From: an uncultured Acidobacteriaceae bacterium
GTDB lineage: Bacteria; Acidobacteriota; Terriglobia; Terriglobales; Acidobacteriaceae
Direction of reading: 5' to 3'
Assembly: GCA_963760475.1 (NCBI GenBank)
Contig: CAVXDG010000002.1
Coordinates: 11,602-75,601, forward strand
Length of the DNA stretch: 64,000 nucleotides
Of the stretch, positions 1 through 11,015 are shown piece by piece; the first letter of the stretch is position 1, and every line of letters starts with the position of its first letter. Position numbers and translations under genes: made by a program. The notes beneath the pieces were generated by a model. The model worked only from the letters and a program-made list of their open reading frames with translations, had not been told where the DNA came from and did no database searches.

Positions 1-1
1 G

Positions 2-1987
2 AAAAAGCTTGAGGGCCTGGTGCGCGGAGCTGGTGTGCACGCCTCGGCAGTGGTAATTGCACCTCGCCCGCTGACCGAACTAGTGCCGCTGAACCGAACC
101 AAGAACGATGAAATTGTGACCGCCTACGACATGAAGGCGGTTGAAAAGATGGGGCTGCTGAAGATGGACTTCCTCGGCCTCGCTACGCTGACCGTGATTA
201 CAGATTGCCTCAAGTTGATTGAGCAGACGCGCGGGGAGAAGTTGGACATCGACATGGTGCCATTGGACGATCCCGAGACGTTCAAAAAGGTGTTTCATAC
301 GGCGCTCACGTCGGGGATCTTTCAGTTTGAATCGAGCGGCATGAGAGACATTCTCCGGCGCTACAAGCCGGACACGGTGGAGGAGTTGACGGCGCTGAAC
401 GCGCTTTACCGGCCCGGCCCGATGGACATGATCGACGACTTTGTCGAGCGCAAGTGGGGGCGGCGCAAGGTTGAATTTCTGCTGCCGGCGCTCGAAGGGA
501 TTCTGAAGGACTCTCTCGGCGTGATTGTTTATCAGGAGCAGGTGATGCGGATCGCCAATGTGCTGGCAAGCTATAGCCTGGGCGAGGCCGACCTGCTGCG
601 GCGTGCAATGGGGAAGAAGGACCCAAAGGCTATGGCGGAGCAGCGCGACCGCTTCATGAACGGTGCTGCGGCGCTAGGGCATCCCAAGAATCCAGTCATT
701 GAAATCTTCGACCAGATGGCAAAGTTCTCAGGGTACGGATTCAACAAATCGCATTCGGCTGCGTACGCGCTTGTTGCCTACCAGACGGCGTACTTGAAGA
801 CCCATTATCCGGTCGAGTTCATGGCCGCGTTGCTCACGTCGGAAACTTCGAAACCCGAAAACGTGGTCAAGTACATCCAGGAATGCAAGGAGATGAGCAT
901 CAGCGTCGAGCCGCCCGATGTGCAGTCCTCGGGCGCGCAATTCACTCCGCACGGCGATGCCATTCGTTTCGGTCTCGCCGCCGTAAAAAACGTCGGCGGC
1001 AACGCGATTGAGTCCATCAGCAAGGCGCGCGAAGAACTCGGCGGACGCTTCCGCAGCTTCTGGGAGTTCTGCGAGAAAGTGGATCTGCGCGTGATGAACA
1101 AGCGCGTAATCGAGTCGCTGATCAAAGCTGGAGCTCTCGATTCGCTGGGTAAGCGAGGCCAGCTCTATAACGCCGTGGACAGGGCGATGGAGCGTGCGCA
1201 GAAGGCGCAGCGCGACGAGGCGCACGGGCAGTCCGGTCTCTTCGGCTTGTTCAACGAGGCCCCCGCACACGGCCACGGCGGCGACGACCTGCCCCATGTT
1301 GCGGATTGGGAGGAAGGCGAGCGCCTCGCCAACGAGAAAGAAGTCCTCGGCTTCTTCGTCTCCGGTCACCCTCTGGATAAGTATGCTGAGAAGCTCCGCA
1401 ACCTGCCCGGCGTCATTCCGATCGCAGAAGCACTGGAGCGCAAGCCACCGGAGAAGCGCTGGGGCAAGGATGTCGACCCCGCAGACGAACTGCAGGTTGC
1501 CGGTATCATGTACGGTCTCCGCGTACAAAAGACGAAGCGCGAAGGCAAGCTCTACGCGCAGGCTGGACTTGAAGACGCCACCGGCAAAATCGAGCTGATT
1601 GCCTTTCCGCGCGATTATGAGAAGCTTGCGGAACAGCTAAAGATCGAAGCGCCCGTATTGATTCGGGGAACTCTTTCCGGCGACGAAGATGCTGCGCCAA
1701 AGCTTTCCATCAGCGCAATCCAACCTCTTGAACAGGTGCAGGTAAAACTGCCCGGCGCCATCCGCATTCGCGTGAACCTTGACCGCGCAACCGAGGAGAT
1801 GATGGCCGCTCTGAAGTCCGCCGCAGACGCCGCTCCGGGTCCGGGGAAGGTCATGCTCCATCTCCAGAAAAAGGACGAGTACGAAGTGATTCTCGAGCCG
1901 GAGCAGATGAGTGTAGCCGCAGATCGCGGCTGGGTTGAGCGTGTGGAAGAACTGGTAGGCAAAGGAACTGTGCAGGTCGTCAATTAG
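2..1987 (+). CDS. dnaE: DNA polymerase III alpha subunit (5'-truncated by the window)
   Basis: Motifs GVHASAVVI, KMDFLGL, GIFQFES, YGFNKSH and EKEVLGFFVSGHP, plus C-terminal OB fold; frame is open from the window start. Confidence 0.97.
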   Translation, partial: KKLEGLVRGAGVHASAVVIAPRPLTELVPLNRTKNDEIVTAYDMKAVEKMGLLKMDFLGLATLTVITDCLKLIEQTRGEKLDIDMVPLDDPETFKKVFHTALTSGIFQFESSGMRDILRRYKPDTVEELTALNALYRPGPMDMIDDFVERKWGRRKVEFLLPALEGILKDSLGVIVYQEQVMRIANVLASYSLGEADLLRRAMGKKDPKAMAEQRDRFMNGAAALGHPKNPVIEIFDQMAKFSGYGFNKSHSAAYALVAYQTAYLKTHYPVEFMAALLTSETSKPENVVKYIQECKEMSISVEPPDVQSSGAQFTPHGDAIRFGLAAVKNVGGNAIESISKAREELGGRFRSFWEFCEKVDLRVMNKRVIESLIKAGALDSLGKRGQLYNAVDRAMERAQKAQRDEAHGQSGLFGLFNEAPAHGHGGDDLPHVADWEEGERLANEKEVLGFFVSGHPLDKYAEKLRNLPGVIPIAEALERKPPEKRWGKDVDPADELQVAGIMYGLRVQKTKREGKLYAQAGLEDATGKIELIAFPRDYEKLAEQLKIEAPVLIRGTLSGDEDAAPKLSISAIQPLEQVQVKLPGAIRIRVNLDRATEEMMAALKSAADAAPGPGKVMLHLQKKDEYEVILEPEQMSVAADRGWVERVEELVGKGTVQVVN

Positions 1988-2020
1988 TGCCTGATCAAAC
2001 CAAACCGGGGATACGAAATC

Positions 2021-3331
2021 GTGCAGGCAGTTGACGCGGTCGGAATCGATTTTGGAACGACGAACAGTTCGATCGCGCGCGTGACAAAGGACGCGGGTGT
2101 AGAACTGGCCTCATTCACCTTTCGAGGCACGCCTACCGAGTCGTATCGCTCCGTCCTCTATTTCGAGCAGACGAAATCGGCAGCTGGAGTGAAGCGGACC
2201 CATGGATTTACTGGGCCGGCGGCGATCGAACGGTACCTCGAGTCGGACGAAAAAGGTCGGTTAATTCAGTCGCTCAAATCGCACTTGTCCAGCAGAACGC
2301 TGACGGGCACGGAAGTATTTGGCCGGCGTCACCGGCTCGAAGAGCTGATCTCCCGCCTGCTCGGCGATTTGCGCAAGGAAGCGGAACGGCAGTTCAGGCA
2401 GCCTATTGCATACGCCATGGTCGGCCGGCCGGTGCGCTTTGTCGGCGCAGAGACAGAGGAAGACGACGACTTCGCCGTGGCGCGCGTGCGCGAGGCGTTT
2501 GCTCTATCTGGCGTCGAACGCGTTGAATTCGAGATGGAGCCGGTCGCAGCTGCGTATTCCTACGAAGCGACGCTCGACCACGATGAGTTGATTCTGATCG
2601 GAGATTTCGGCGGCGGCACAAGCGACTTTTCGCTGCTGCGCGTAGGTCCCGGTGTGCGACGGCGCGGACGAGCGGCGAATGATCTTGTAGCCAATAGCGG
2701 TATCGGGCTAGCGGGCGATGCCTTTGACGCACGCATCGTGCGTAAGCTCATTTCGCCGGCGCTTGGATCGAACTCCGAGGCCCGTTCCCTCAACAAACTT
2801 CTCCCGGCTGTACCCGCATGGATCTACGCTAACCTCGAACGCTGGCACTACCTCTCCTTCCTCCGGACCAACAACGTCCGCGAGATTCTAAAAAGCGCTC
2901 GCATCCGTGCGTTGGAGCCCGAGAAGATTGAAGCATTGATCGCGATTGTGGACGGGGATCTCGGCTATCAGCTGCACCAGGCTGTGCAGCAGGTCAAGTT
3001 CGAGCTCTCGCGCAGTGAACATGCAGAGTTTCGCTTTCACGATGCCGGGATGGATCTGCGCATCCCCGTGACGCGCGCAGCATTCGAGTCATGGATTGTC
3101 GAGGAACTGGAAAGCATCGAGCGATGTGTCGATACCCTCCTGCGCGCTCCAGGCGTCGATCCGCTCGATGTGGATCGCGTTTTTCTCACGGGCGGCACTT
3201 CTTTTGTGCCGGCAGTGCGGCGGATATTTGCCAGTCGATTCGGTGAAGATCACATTCGTGGTGGCAACGAATTCACTTCTGTAGCGCGGGGATTGGCATT
3301 GCGGGCTGCCGAGTCCCTGCAGCAAATCTAG
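2021..3331 (+). CDS. yegD: Hsp70-family chaperone, YegD-like
   Basis: GIDFGTTNS, GRPVRF, EPVAAA, DFGGGTSDFS and FLTGGTS motifs; 436 aa with no substrate-binding domain. Confidence 0.85.
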   Translation: MQAVDAVGIDFGTTNSSIARVTKDAGVELASFTFRGTPTESYRSVLYFEQTKSAAGVKRTHGFTGPAAIERYLESDEKGRLIQSLKSHLSSRTLTGTEVFGRRHRLEELISRLLGDLRKEAERQFRQPIAYAMVGRPVRFVGAETEEDDDFAVARVREAFALSGVERVEFEMEPVAAAYSYEATLDHDELILIGDFGGGTSDFSLLRVGPGVRRRGRAANDLVANSGIGLAGDAFDARIVRKLISPALGSNSEARSLNKLLPAVPAWIYANLERWHYLSFLRTNNVREILKSARIRALEPEKIEALIAIVDGDLGYQLHQAVQQVKFELSRSEHAEFRFHDAGMDLRIPVTRAAFESWIVEELESIERCVDTLLRAPGVDPLDVDRVFLTGGTSFVPAVRRIFASRFGEDHIRGGNEFTSVARGLALRAAESLQQI

Positions 3332-3360
3332 GTTGCGATGTTCAGCTTGCCAAAATATAG

Positions 3361-3397
3361 AAAAAGAGGGGAGGACGAGACTCACCCTCCCCATTTC
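3361..3397. terminator. Probable bidirectional terminator between convergent yegD and kdpC
   Basis: GGGGAGG...CCTCCCC stem flanked by an A run and TTT. Confidence 0.55.
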
Positions 3398-3416
3398 CAG
3401 GGAATCTCTCGCGAAA

Positions 3417-4046
3417 CTACTTCGCGAGCTTGTCGAGATCTAGGTTCAACGCAAGTACGTTGACCCGAGGCTCGCCAAGTACACCAAGCTGGCGCCCTGC
3501 GATGTGCTCTTGGACGAGTTGACTCACCCGATCCGGGTTCAGACCCCGCGCCTTGGCGACGCGCTCAACCTGATAGAACGCCGCGTCGGGCGTAATGTCC
3601 GGGTCAAGCCCTGACCCAGAAGTCGTCACGAGGTCGATCGGCACCAGTTTGCCGGGCGTCTCCTTAGCCAGCTTGTCGATGTCACCCTGAATCCGCTGCA
3701 CCAGTTTTGCGCTCGACTGCGCCAGATTCGATCCTCCCGACGAGGTGCCATCGTAGCCATTGCCTGCTGCGGAAGGACGTGGATGAAAATAGCGGTCCGA
3801 TGTGAAGCTCTGTGCAAGAAGCTCAGATCCGATCACCTGCCCATCCTTCAGAATGAGGCTGCCGGCCGCCTGATGCGGGAACAAGACGGAAGCAAGGCCG
3901 GTAACAAGCAACGGATAGGCAAGCCCGCACAGAATCGTGGTTACGATCGTGAAGCGAATCGAAGTGCCCCAAAGTGAATGCTTGGCGGCGGCGGTCTCGA
4001 CGACCTTTGCATTGACCGGAAGTGTAGGTGTTGCGACGGAATGCAT
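3417..4046 (-). CDS. kdpC: K+-transporting ATPase subunit C
   Basis: GSELLAQSF, YFHPRPSAAG, SGSGLDPDI and PRVNVLALNL motifs; start taken at MHSVATP. Confidence 0.95.
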   Translation of the reverse strand: MHSVATPTLPVNAKVVETAAAKHSLWGTSIRFTIVTTILCGLAYPLLVTGLASVLFPHQAAGSLILKDGQVIGSELLAQSFTSDRYFHPRPSAAGNGYDGTSSGGSNLAQSSAKLVQRIQGDIDKLAKETPGKLVPIDLVTTSGSGLDPDITPDAAFYQVERVAKARGLNPDRVSQLVQEHIAGRQLGVLGEPRVNVLALNLDLDKLAK

Positions 4047-4059
4047 ACTGTTTTCCTCT

Positions 4060-6093
4060 CTATCCAAGGTGCAAAGCAACCAGCATCATGTCGATAGCCT
4101 TGATGCCGATGAAGGGTACAATCACGCCACCGACGCCGTAGATCAGCAGGTTCTGCCGTAGCAGGGCCTCGGCCGCCTTGGGCTCGTACTTCACCCCCTT
4201 CAGCGCCAGCGGAATCAGCACGATGATGATGATCGCGTTAAAGACGACAGCCGAAAGAATCGCCGATTGCGGCGAGTGCAGATACATGATGTTCAGCGCA
4301 TTCAGCACCGGAAACGCGCCCGCAAACATCGCTGGAATAATGGCGAAGTACTTGGCGACATCGTTGGCGATCGAGAACGTCGTCAACGCGCCGCGCGTCA
4401 TCAGCAATTGCTTGCCGATCTCGACAATTTCGATCAATTTGGTTGGGTTCGAATCGAGATCGACCATGTTGCCTGCTTCTTTGGCAGCCTGCGTGCCGGA
4501 GTTCATGGCCACACCGACATCCGCCTGCGCCAGGGCCGGAGCATCGTTGGTGCCGTCGCCGGTCATCGCCACGAGCTTGCCCTTGGCCTGTTCGCGCTTG
4601 ATCAGGTCCATCTTGTCTTTGGGCTTGGCTTCGGCAAGAAAGTCGTCGACGCCAGCTTCGCGTGCAATCACCGCTGCGGTCAGCGGATTGTCGCCGGTGA
4701 TCATGATGGTGCGGATGCCCATGGCGCGGAGTCGCGCCAGACGCTCCTTCAGGCCGCCCTTCACGATGTCCTTGAGGTAAATCACTCCCAGAGCGGTTGC
4801 ATTCTCGGCTACCACCAGCGGAGTCCCACCCATCCGCGCGATGTCATCGACGCTCTCGCGTACTTTCTTGGGAAGCGACGACCCCTGATCCTCCAGGAAC
4901 CGCGAAATCGCGTCCACCGAGCCCTTGCGAATTCGGATGCCTGGCAGATTCACGCCGCTCATGCGGGTTTGCGCCGTAAACGGAACAAACTCTGCATGAA
5001 TACTGCCAAGGTCGCGGCCACGCAGGTTGTACTTCTCTTTCGCCAGTACCACGATCGACCGGCCCTCCGGCGTCTCATCTGAAAGGGAAGCGAGTTGCGC
5101 TGCGTCGGCCAATCGTTCTGCCGACACATCTGGCGCCACGCGAAACTCCGTTGCCTGCCGGTTGCCCAGTGTGATGGTGCCGGTCTTATCGAGCAACAGC
5201 GTGTTCACATCGCCGGCAGCTTCTACGGCGCGTCCGCTCATGGCCAGCACGTTGTATTGCACCAGCCTGTCCATGCCGGCAATGCCGATGGCCGACAGAA
5301 GGCCGCCGATCGTCGTGGGGATCAGACACACCAGCAGCGACACCAGCACGAATATTGTTTGCGGTGCTTTCGAGTAAATCGCGAATGGCTGCAGCGTTAC
5401 AACAGCGAGCAGAAACACAATCGTCAGTCCGGAAAGAAGAATGCTCAAGGCAATCTCATTTGGCGTCTTCTGGCGTGATGCGCCTTCGACCAGGGCGATC
5501 ATGCGGTCCAAAAACGTCTCGCCGGGATTCGACGTGATCTTCACCTTGATCCAGTCTGACAACACCTTGGTTCCGCCTGTCACCGCCGAGCGGTCGCCGC
5601 CTGCTTCGCGGATCACCGGCGCTGACTCGCCCGTAATCGCAGACTCATCGACCGACGCCACGCCTTCGATTACCTCTCCATCCCCTGCGATGTAGTGGTT
5701 TGCCTCGACGTAGATCACGTCGCCCGCCCGGAGTAACCCGCTGGCAATTTCTTCAAAGCCGCCGTCCGCCGTGTAGCGCCGCGCGATCGTCTCGCCCTTT
5801 GCCTTGCGCAGCGTGTCAGCCTGCGCCTTGCCGCGGCCCTCGGCCATTGCCTCTGCAAAATTAGCAAACAGAACCGTGAACCAGAGCCAAAGCGTGATCT
5901 GCAGATTGAAGCCGAACCCAGGGCGATTGTGGATGAGGTTGTCCATCAGCAGGGCCGAGGTCAGCAGGCTGCCCACTTCAACAACAAACATCACCGGGTT
6001 CTTCATCATCCAGCGCGGGTCTAGCTTCCGCACCGACTCGAGCATGGCTTGGCCAACTATTTTCGTATTCCAGAGACTCGTTTTATCCGCCAT
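4060..6093 (-). CDS. kdpB: K+-transporting P-type ATPase subunit B
   Basis: [17 protein letters not shown] and [10 protein letters not shown] motifs. Confidence 0.98.
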   Translation of the reverse strand: MADKTSLWNTKIVGQAMLESVRKLDPRWMMKNPVMFVVEVGSLLTSALLMDNLIHNRPGFGFNLQITLWLWFTVLFANFAEAMAEGRGKAQADTLRKAKGETIARRYTADGGFEEIASGLLRAGDVIYVEANHYIAGDGEVIEGVASVDESAITGESAPVIREAGGDRSAVTGGTKVLSDWIKVKITSNPGETFLDRMIALVEGASRQKTPNEIALSILLSGLTIVFLLAVVTLQPFAIYSKAPQTIFVLVSLLVCLIPTTIGGLLSAIGIAGMDRLVQYNVLAMSGRAVEAAGDVNTLLLDKTGTITLGNRQATEFRVAPDVSAERLADAAQLASLSDETPEGRSIVVLAKEKYNLRGRDLGSIHAEFVPFTAQTRMSGVNLPGIRIRKGSVDAISRFLEDQGSSLPKKVRESVDDIARMGGTPLVVAENATALGVIYLKDIVKGGLKERLARLRAMGIRTIMITGDNPLTAAVIAREAGVDDFLAEAKPKDKMDLIKREQAKGKLVAMTGDGTNDAPALAQADVGVAMNSGTQAAKEAGNMVDLDSNPTKLIEIVEIGKQLLMTRGALTTFSIANDVAKYFAIIPAMFAGAFPVLNALNIMYLHSPQSAILSAVVFNAIIIIVLIPLALKGVKYEPKAAEALLRQNLLIYGVGGVIVPFIGIKAIDMMLVALHLG

Positions 6094-6115
6094 CGCAATG
6101 TCCTTTACGGTACGG

Positions 6116-7840
6116 TTAGAACAGCTGACCTGACTTCAGCAGAAGGTGTTCAAGAATCGGTCCGAGGCTGAGGGCAGGGAAAAACGTGAGCGCCCCCAGA
6201 ATCAGTACCACCCCAATGAGCAGCACCGTAAAAAGCGGCGTGTGCACGGGGAACGTTCCCGGCGACGGCGGCACGCTCTTCTTCTGCGCCAGATTGCCGG
6301 CCAGCGCCAGCACTGGAATCATCATGAGAAAACGTCCCATCAGCATGTCCGAGCCAAGCGCGACGTTGTACCACCAGGCATTCGCGCTCAGGCCCGCGAA
6401 TGCGGAGCCGTTGTTTCCTGCACCCGAAGTGAAGGCGTAAAGAATCTCGGTCAGCCCGTGCGGGCCTGCGTTGTTCAGTGCGGCCAGCCCCACGTTCGGC
6501 CACAAAACGAACACGGCGGTCAGGCTGAGAATGATCAACGGAAAAATAAGCGCATACAGCATCGCCATCTTCACGTCGTATCCCTCGATCTTCTTGCCGA
6601 GATACTCCGGCGTACGGCCCACCATCAGGCCGGCGATAAAGACCGCCATGACGACAAAGATCAGCATCCCGTAAAGGCCCGAACCCACTCCGCCAAAGAT
6701 CACTTCACCCAGCATGATGTTGAGCAGCGGGACCATCCCGCCGAGCGGCGTGAAGCTGTCATGCATCCCATTCACCGCGCCGCAGCTTGCATCGGTCGTG
6801 ATGGTGGCGAACAGCGCGCTTTCGGCAATCCCGTTGCGCACCTCTTTGCCCTCCATATTGCCGCCCGGCGCTGTGGCCGTCGTCGTCTGCCCTGCGCCAT
6901 GAATCATCGGATGAGGATGCGCTTCAGCCCAATAGGCGGTCACGAAACCTGCGGCAAACAGCAAGTACATGGCGGCAAACACAGCCCAGCCGTGCCCGCG
7001 TGAACCGGTCATTTTCCCCAGCATGTAGGTCAGTCCGCCAGGAATGATGAAGATGGAGAGAATCTCCAGAAAATTCGAGAGCGGCGTTGGATTTTCGTAG
7101 GGATGCGCGCTGTTGGCATTGAAGAATCCGCCCCCGTTCGTCCCTAGCATCTTGATTGCCTCTTGCGAAGCAACCGGGCCCTGGCCGATGGTCTGCGTCT
7201 GACCTTCGAGCGTGTGTGCCACGGTGTACGCGTGCAGGTTCTGCGGAACGCCCTGCGCCACCAGAAGCAGCGCATAGAGGATGCAGGCCGGCATCAGAAC
7301 ATACAGGATTGTCCGTGTCGTATCCACCCAGAAATTGCCGATGGTGCCCGAGGTCGTGCGCTTGATGCCCCGCACCAGAGCGACTGCAGCAACGATGCCA
7401 ACCGCTGCCGAGAAGAAATTGTGCGTCGCCAGCGCGGCCATCTCGGTGAGATAGCTCATCGTGCTTTCAGGTGTGTACGACTGCCAGTTTGTGTTGGTCG
7501 TGAAACTCGCCGCCGTATTCCACGCCAGATCTGGGCTGACTGCTGCGAGACCCTGCGGATTCCAGGGCAGCGCATGCTGCAGCCGCTCGATGGCGTACGT
7601 CACCACCAGGCTGACGGCCGAGAAGCCAAGCAGCGCAAAGGCGTACTCGCGCCAGTTCATCTCTCGCTCCGCATCGACGCCGCAGAGACGATAGAGGAGC
7701 CGCTCGCAGGGGTGAAGAACTGGGTGGAGCCAGGTGCGTCCGCCTTCATATATCCGGGTCAGAAACAGCCCGACAGGGCGCGCGGTCAAAATCAAAATGA
7801 CGGAGTAAAGCGCGAATTGCAGCCATCCATTCGCGGTCAT
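6116..7840 (-). CDS. kdpA: K+-transporting ATPase subunit A
   Basis: [24 protein letters not shown] and GNNGSAFAG motifs. Confidence 0.98.
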   Translation of the reverse strand: MTANGWLQFALYSVILILTARPVGLFLTRIYEGGRTWLHPVLHPCERLLYRLCGVDAEREMNWREYAFALLGFSAVSLVVTYAIERLQHALPWNPQGLAAVSPDLAWNTAASFTTNTNWQSYTPESTMSYLTEMAALATHNFFSAAVGIVAAVALVRGIKRTTSGTIGNFWVDTTRTILYVLMPACILYALLLVAQGVPQNLHAYTVAHTLEGQTQTIGQGPVASQEAIKMLGTNGGGFFNANSAHPYENPTPLSNFLEILSIFIIPGGLTYMLGKMTGSRGHGWAVFAAMYLLFAAGFVTAYWAEAHPHPMIHGAGQTTTATAPGGNMEGKEVRNGIAESALFATITTDASCGAVNGMHDSFTPLGGMVPLLNIMLGEVIFGGVGSGLYGMLIFVVMAVFIAGLMVGRTPEYLGKKIEGYDVKMAMLYALIFPLIILSLTAVFVLWPNVGLAALNNAGPHGLTEILYAFTSGAGNNGSAFAGLSANAWWYNVALGSDMLMGRFLMMIPVLALAGNLAQKKSVPPSPGTFPVHTPLFTVLLIGVVLILGALTFFPALSLGPILEHLLLKSGQLF

Positions 7841-7929
7841 CAGAGTTTCTCCGGAAAGAGCAGCGAAAAGGTAAGGTGCACCAGAAGAAGAAGGGCAAGT
7901 ACGAGAGCGACAACGGTGATCCAGTCCAT
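7840..7929 (-). CDS. kdpF: KdpF subunit (29 aa)
   Basis: MDWITVVALVLALLLLVHLTFSLLFPEKL; its stop overlaps the kdpA start; ends in the LxPE(K/R) tail typical of KdpF. Confidence 0.9.
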   Translation of the reverse strand: MDWITVVALVLALLLLVHLTFSLLFPEKL

Positions 7930-7931
7930 GG

Positions 7932-8018
7932 TTACCTCAACTTCTGGCATGCTTTGACGTAGAGAAAAGCCACGCCAAAGAAGACCGCGGTGAAAAGTAG
8001 CATCAACAAATCCTGCAT
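7932..8018 (-). CDS. Small hydrophobic peptide upstream of kdpF (28 aa)
   Basis: Read manually as MQDLLMLLFTAVFFGVAFLYVKACQKLR*; GAGGA RBS; stop lies 2 nt before the kdpF ATG. Confidence 0.75.
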   Translation of the reverse strand: MQDLLMLLFTAVFFGVAFLYVKACQKLR

Positions 8019-8099
8019 TGCAGTTCCTCGATTCGCTTTTGGTCGCTTCCCGGTGTGAGCGGGTGAGCCGTCCATGCTTCAGAATCGAGTTTGCTTTCA

Positions 8100-8146
8100 G
8101 GAGTATTGAGAGGGTCGAAGGGAAATCTAAAGAAAACATAAAGATG
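8100..8146 (-). promoter_or_regulatory. Putative KdpE-binding box and kdp promoter
   Basis: Minus strand CATCTTTATGTTTTCTTTAG (8146-8127) resembles the T-rich TTTA-N7-TTTA KdpE site of E. coli; followed by a -10-like AATACT. Confidence 0.6.
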
Positions 8147-8250
8147 CCCGTACCGGCGTCTCGCCGTACGGGCTTAGGAACAATCTTGGCTGACTAGCGG
8201 CTAGTCCAGGGCGCAGTCAGAACCCCGAGATCCTCGGTGGAGAATCTGGC

Positions 8251-8667
8251 TCATTTGCCGATCACTGTAACGGTCATCTTCTGCTTGATGTTGCGCGCCA
8301 GCTTTTCAATTGCGTCGGCCTTGCGCAATGCACTTGCTGACCGAGAATCTTTGCCTGCCTTGTCGAGTTCGGCTTTCAACTCCGTGGCCAGCCTCAGCAA
8401 CTTCGCGCTGTCTTCGGCGACTTGCTTTTGCCGTAATGCATTGGCGGCCGCAAAATCCAACTCCCGCGTCTGCTGCTGGCGCATGCGCGACACATCGTTC
8501 TGGTCGGGTAGGCGATTCAGGAATTCGGGAACATTTCTTGGTGGATTCGGCGCCTGGCTTGTTGCCGGCATCCCCAGCAGGCACAGGAGTCCCACTATCT
8601 CTGCGATTCGCCGCCAGCGCTGGGCGCCGATGCCGGCAACCGTGCGCGGATCCAGCGCTTGTCCCAT
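8251..8667 (-). CDS. Hypothetical exported coiled-coil protein
   Basis: Signal-like hydrophobic stretch followed by helical Q/K/L/A-rich region; GGAGG RBS before MGQALD. Confidence 0.6.
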   Translation of the reverse strand: MGQALDPRTVAGIGAQRWRRIAEIVGLLCLLGMPATSQAPNPPRNVPEFLNRLPDQNDVSRMRQQQTRELDFAAANALRQKQVAEDSAKLLRLATELKAELDKAGKDSRSASALRKADAIEKLARNIKQKMTVTVIGK

Positions 8668-8783
8668 CGGGATACCTCCGTGAGGACGACAGACTCGCCG
8701 TGTTCTCTCAATTGTCGCTCTCTTCTGCGCCGACTGCGACGGAATATCAACGCCCCGTCTCAGTCCGGCGAGGCAAGAGGCAA

Positions 8784-9479
8784 CTATTCCTCGTTCCCCA
8801 TCCATCCTTCGGGGATAAAACGGTACCCCACCCATGGCTCTGTCTGAATGTACTGACGCCCCGTTTCGTTCTCCAGCTTCTTGCGCAACTGGCCGACGAA
8901 CACTCGCAGATACTCCGGCTGATAGGCTGACTGCGCACCCCAAACTGAAGTCAGAAGAACGCGATGGGTCATCACCTTGCCGGCATTGCGCGCCAGATGC
9001 AGCAAGAGATCAAACTCCTTGGGCGTCAGGTGCACTGACTTACCCTGCACAGTTACGGAATGGGCGGTTTCGTCGATAACGAAGTCTCCTGTATGAATGG
9101 CGGCAGCGCTGCGCTCCGGAGCCCGCCGCAAATGCGCCCTTACCCGGGCAAGCAGCTCCTGAATCCCAAATGGCTTGGTGACGTAATCGTCCGCTCCTGC
9201 ATCCAGAGCCTCCACTTTCGAGCGCTCCTGGTCCCGGACCGAAAGAACCAGGATCGGCGTCGATGAAGTTGTACGGATCGCGCGGCACACTTCCACGCCG
9301 CTCATCTCCGGCATCATCAGGTCGGTGATGACGAGGTCGGGCTGCCACTCGCGAAAAATCCGCAGTCCCTCCTCCGGATCGTTCGCGGTGCGCACGTCGA
9401 ACCCTTGAGGGGATAGAGATGCGCGCAGCACACGCGTGATCTGGGGCTCATCGTCGATCACCAATATTTTTCCTGGCAT
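8784..9479 (-). CDS. kdpE: KdpE response regulator
   Basis: REC plus winged-helix domain; VWG..YLRVFVGQLRKKLE and TEPWVGYRF motifs. Confidence 0.92.
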   Translation of the reverse strand: MPGKILVIDDEPQITRVLRASLSPQGFDVRTANDPEEGLRIFREWQPDLVITDLMMPEMSGVEVCRAIRTTSSTPILVLSVRDQERSKVEALDAGADDYVTKPFGIQELLARVRAHLRRAPERSAAAIHTGDFVIDETAHSVTVQGKSVHLTPKEFDLLLHLARNAGKVMTHRVLLTSVWGAQSAYQPEYLRVFVGQLRKKLENETGRQYIQTEPWVGYRFIPEGWMGNEE

Positions 9480-9547
9480 GTCCGTTTTGCTTCCTGGGGA
9501 AGATTACATCATCGGGCGGGGCCGGTATCATTCCCAGTGAGACGATC

Positions 9548-11005
9548 ATGAAACAGAACTTCAAGGTTGGGGCCGTCCCCGGATGGCTCGGCGCAACGCT
9601 GGCTGTTGGGCTTACGACCGCGCTGCTTGCCTGGGCTGACGCCGGCTCGACAACGGCGGGTCTCATCTTCCTCGTGCTCATTGTATGGATCGCGACCCAA
9701 GCTGAGATGGTCGTCTCGCTCTATGCCACTCTCCTTTGTACGCTTGCGTTTGATTACTTCTTTCTTCCGCCCTATCGTACATTGCGTCTCGCCGGGATCT
9801 CGGAGTGGGTTGGCGTTCTCGCGTTTTTTGGCAGTTCCGTCGTTGCCGGCCGCGTGGCTGAACGCGCACGCCGCCAGGCACGCCAGGCTGAGGAACGCCG
9901 TGCAGAAGTTGAACGCCTCTACATGCTGAGCCAGGAGATGATGCTCTACGACGATGCGGCCAAGCTTAAAGACGAGTTGCCCCGCATCATCGAGCGCGTC
10001 TTTGCCCTCGAAGGCGTCATCTTGTACTCCAGCGACGAGAACCGTTGCTACTCCTCGACCTCAGAGTTGCCCATGAGCGTGCTGGCCAGTCTAAGCGCCA
10101 TCACTACAGCCCCGATCGCTGTTCATGTGCTGCCCGGTGATATCTCTGCGATGCCGTTGAACGTGGGCGTGCGGAGCGTCGGCGCATTGGGTTGGCGTCC
10201 GGCAACGTTGTCGCGCGAGGTGGCTACGGCAGTCACCGCCCAGGTGGGCATTGCCCTAACCCGAGCGTCTGCAATCGAGGTCTCCACGCGCCTCGAAGCG
10301 TCGCGTGAGGGCGAGCGCCTGCGCACCGCGCTGATTGATTCGTTGACCCACGAATTGCGCACCCCTTTGACCTCGATTCGCGCCGCGGCGTCTACGCTCG
10401 CTCAAAACGAGGGGCTGGACGACACAGGTCGGGCGGAACTGATAGCCATCGTTGACGAAGAGAGCGCGCGCCTCGACGCCTTGATCGGAGAGGCCGTCGA
10501 GATGGCCGAGCTCGACGCCAACGTTGTCCAGGTGCATGCCCGGCGCCACCATGCAAAGACGCTCTTCGAACATGCGGTAGAAGTGTCACAAGCCGCGTTG
10601 AAACGACACACGGTCGTACTTCAAGTGGAGGAGCCGGACACGCCCGGATGGTTCGACGCGCAACTGCTGAGCCGCGTGCTTCGCCATTTGCTCGAAAATG
10701 CGGCGCGTTACTGTCCGCCTGGCAGCCGCATCGTGCTGCGCAACCGCCACGCAGGCAATCGACTCGAATTTACGGTGGAAGACAACGGTCCAGGCATCGA
10801 TCCGCTCGACCTGCCGTTTATCTTCGAAAAGTTCTATCGCGGAAAAAAGAGCGCAGGCAAGGGAACCGGAATGGGCCTCGCCATTACCCGGGCCATCCTG
10901 CTTGCCCACAGCGGAGGCATCGACGTTACGAGCGCTCCTGGTCAGGGAACGACCTTTCGTTTTTGGGTGCCTCTGGTGGAGAAGGATCCGCAAGGATCGC
11001 CGTAG
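9548..11005 (+). CDS. kdpD: KdpD-like histidine kinase lacking the N-terminal KdpD/Usp domains
   Basis: 4-TM DUF4118-like region (FDYFFLPPY), GAF-like region, HELRTPLTSI and HATPase boxes. Confidence 0.8.
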   Translation: MKQNFKVGAVPGWLGATLAVGLTTALLAWADAGSTTAGLIFLVLIVWIATQAEMVVSLYATLLCTLAFDYFFLPPYRTLRLAGISEWVGVLAFFGSSVVAGRVAERARRQARQAEERRAEVERLYMLSQEMMLYDDAAKLKDELPRIIERVFALEGVILYSSDENRCYSSTSELPMSVLASLSAITTAPIAVHVLPGDISAMPLNVGVRSVGALGWRPATLSREVATAVTAQVGIALTRASAIEVSTRLEASREGERLRTALIDSLTHELRTPLTSIRAAASTLAQNEGLDDTGRAELIAIVDEESARLDALIGEAVEMAELDANVVQVHARRHHAKTLFEHAVEVSQAALKRHTVVLQVEEPDTPGWFDAQLLSRVLRHLLENAARYCPPGSRIVLRNRHAGNRLEFTVEDNGPGIDPLDLPFIFEKFYRGKKSAGKGTGMGLAITRAILLAHSGGIDVTSAPGQGTTFRFWVPLVEKDPQGSP

Positions 11006-11015
11006 GGGCGCTCGC

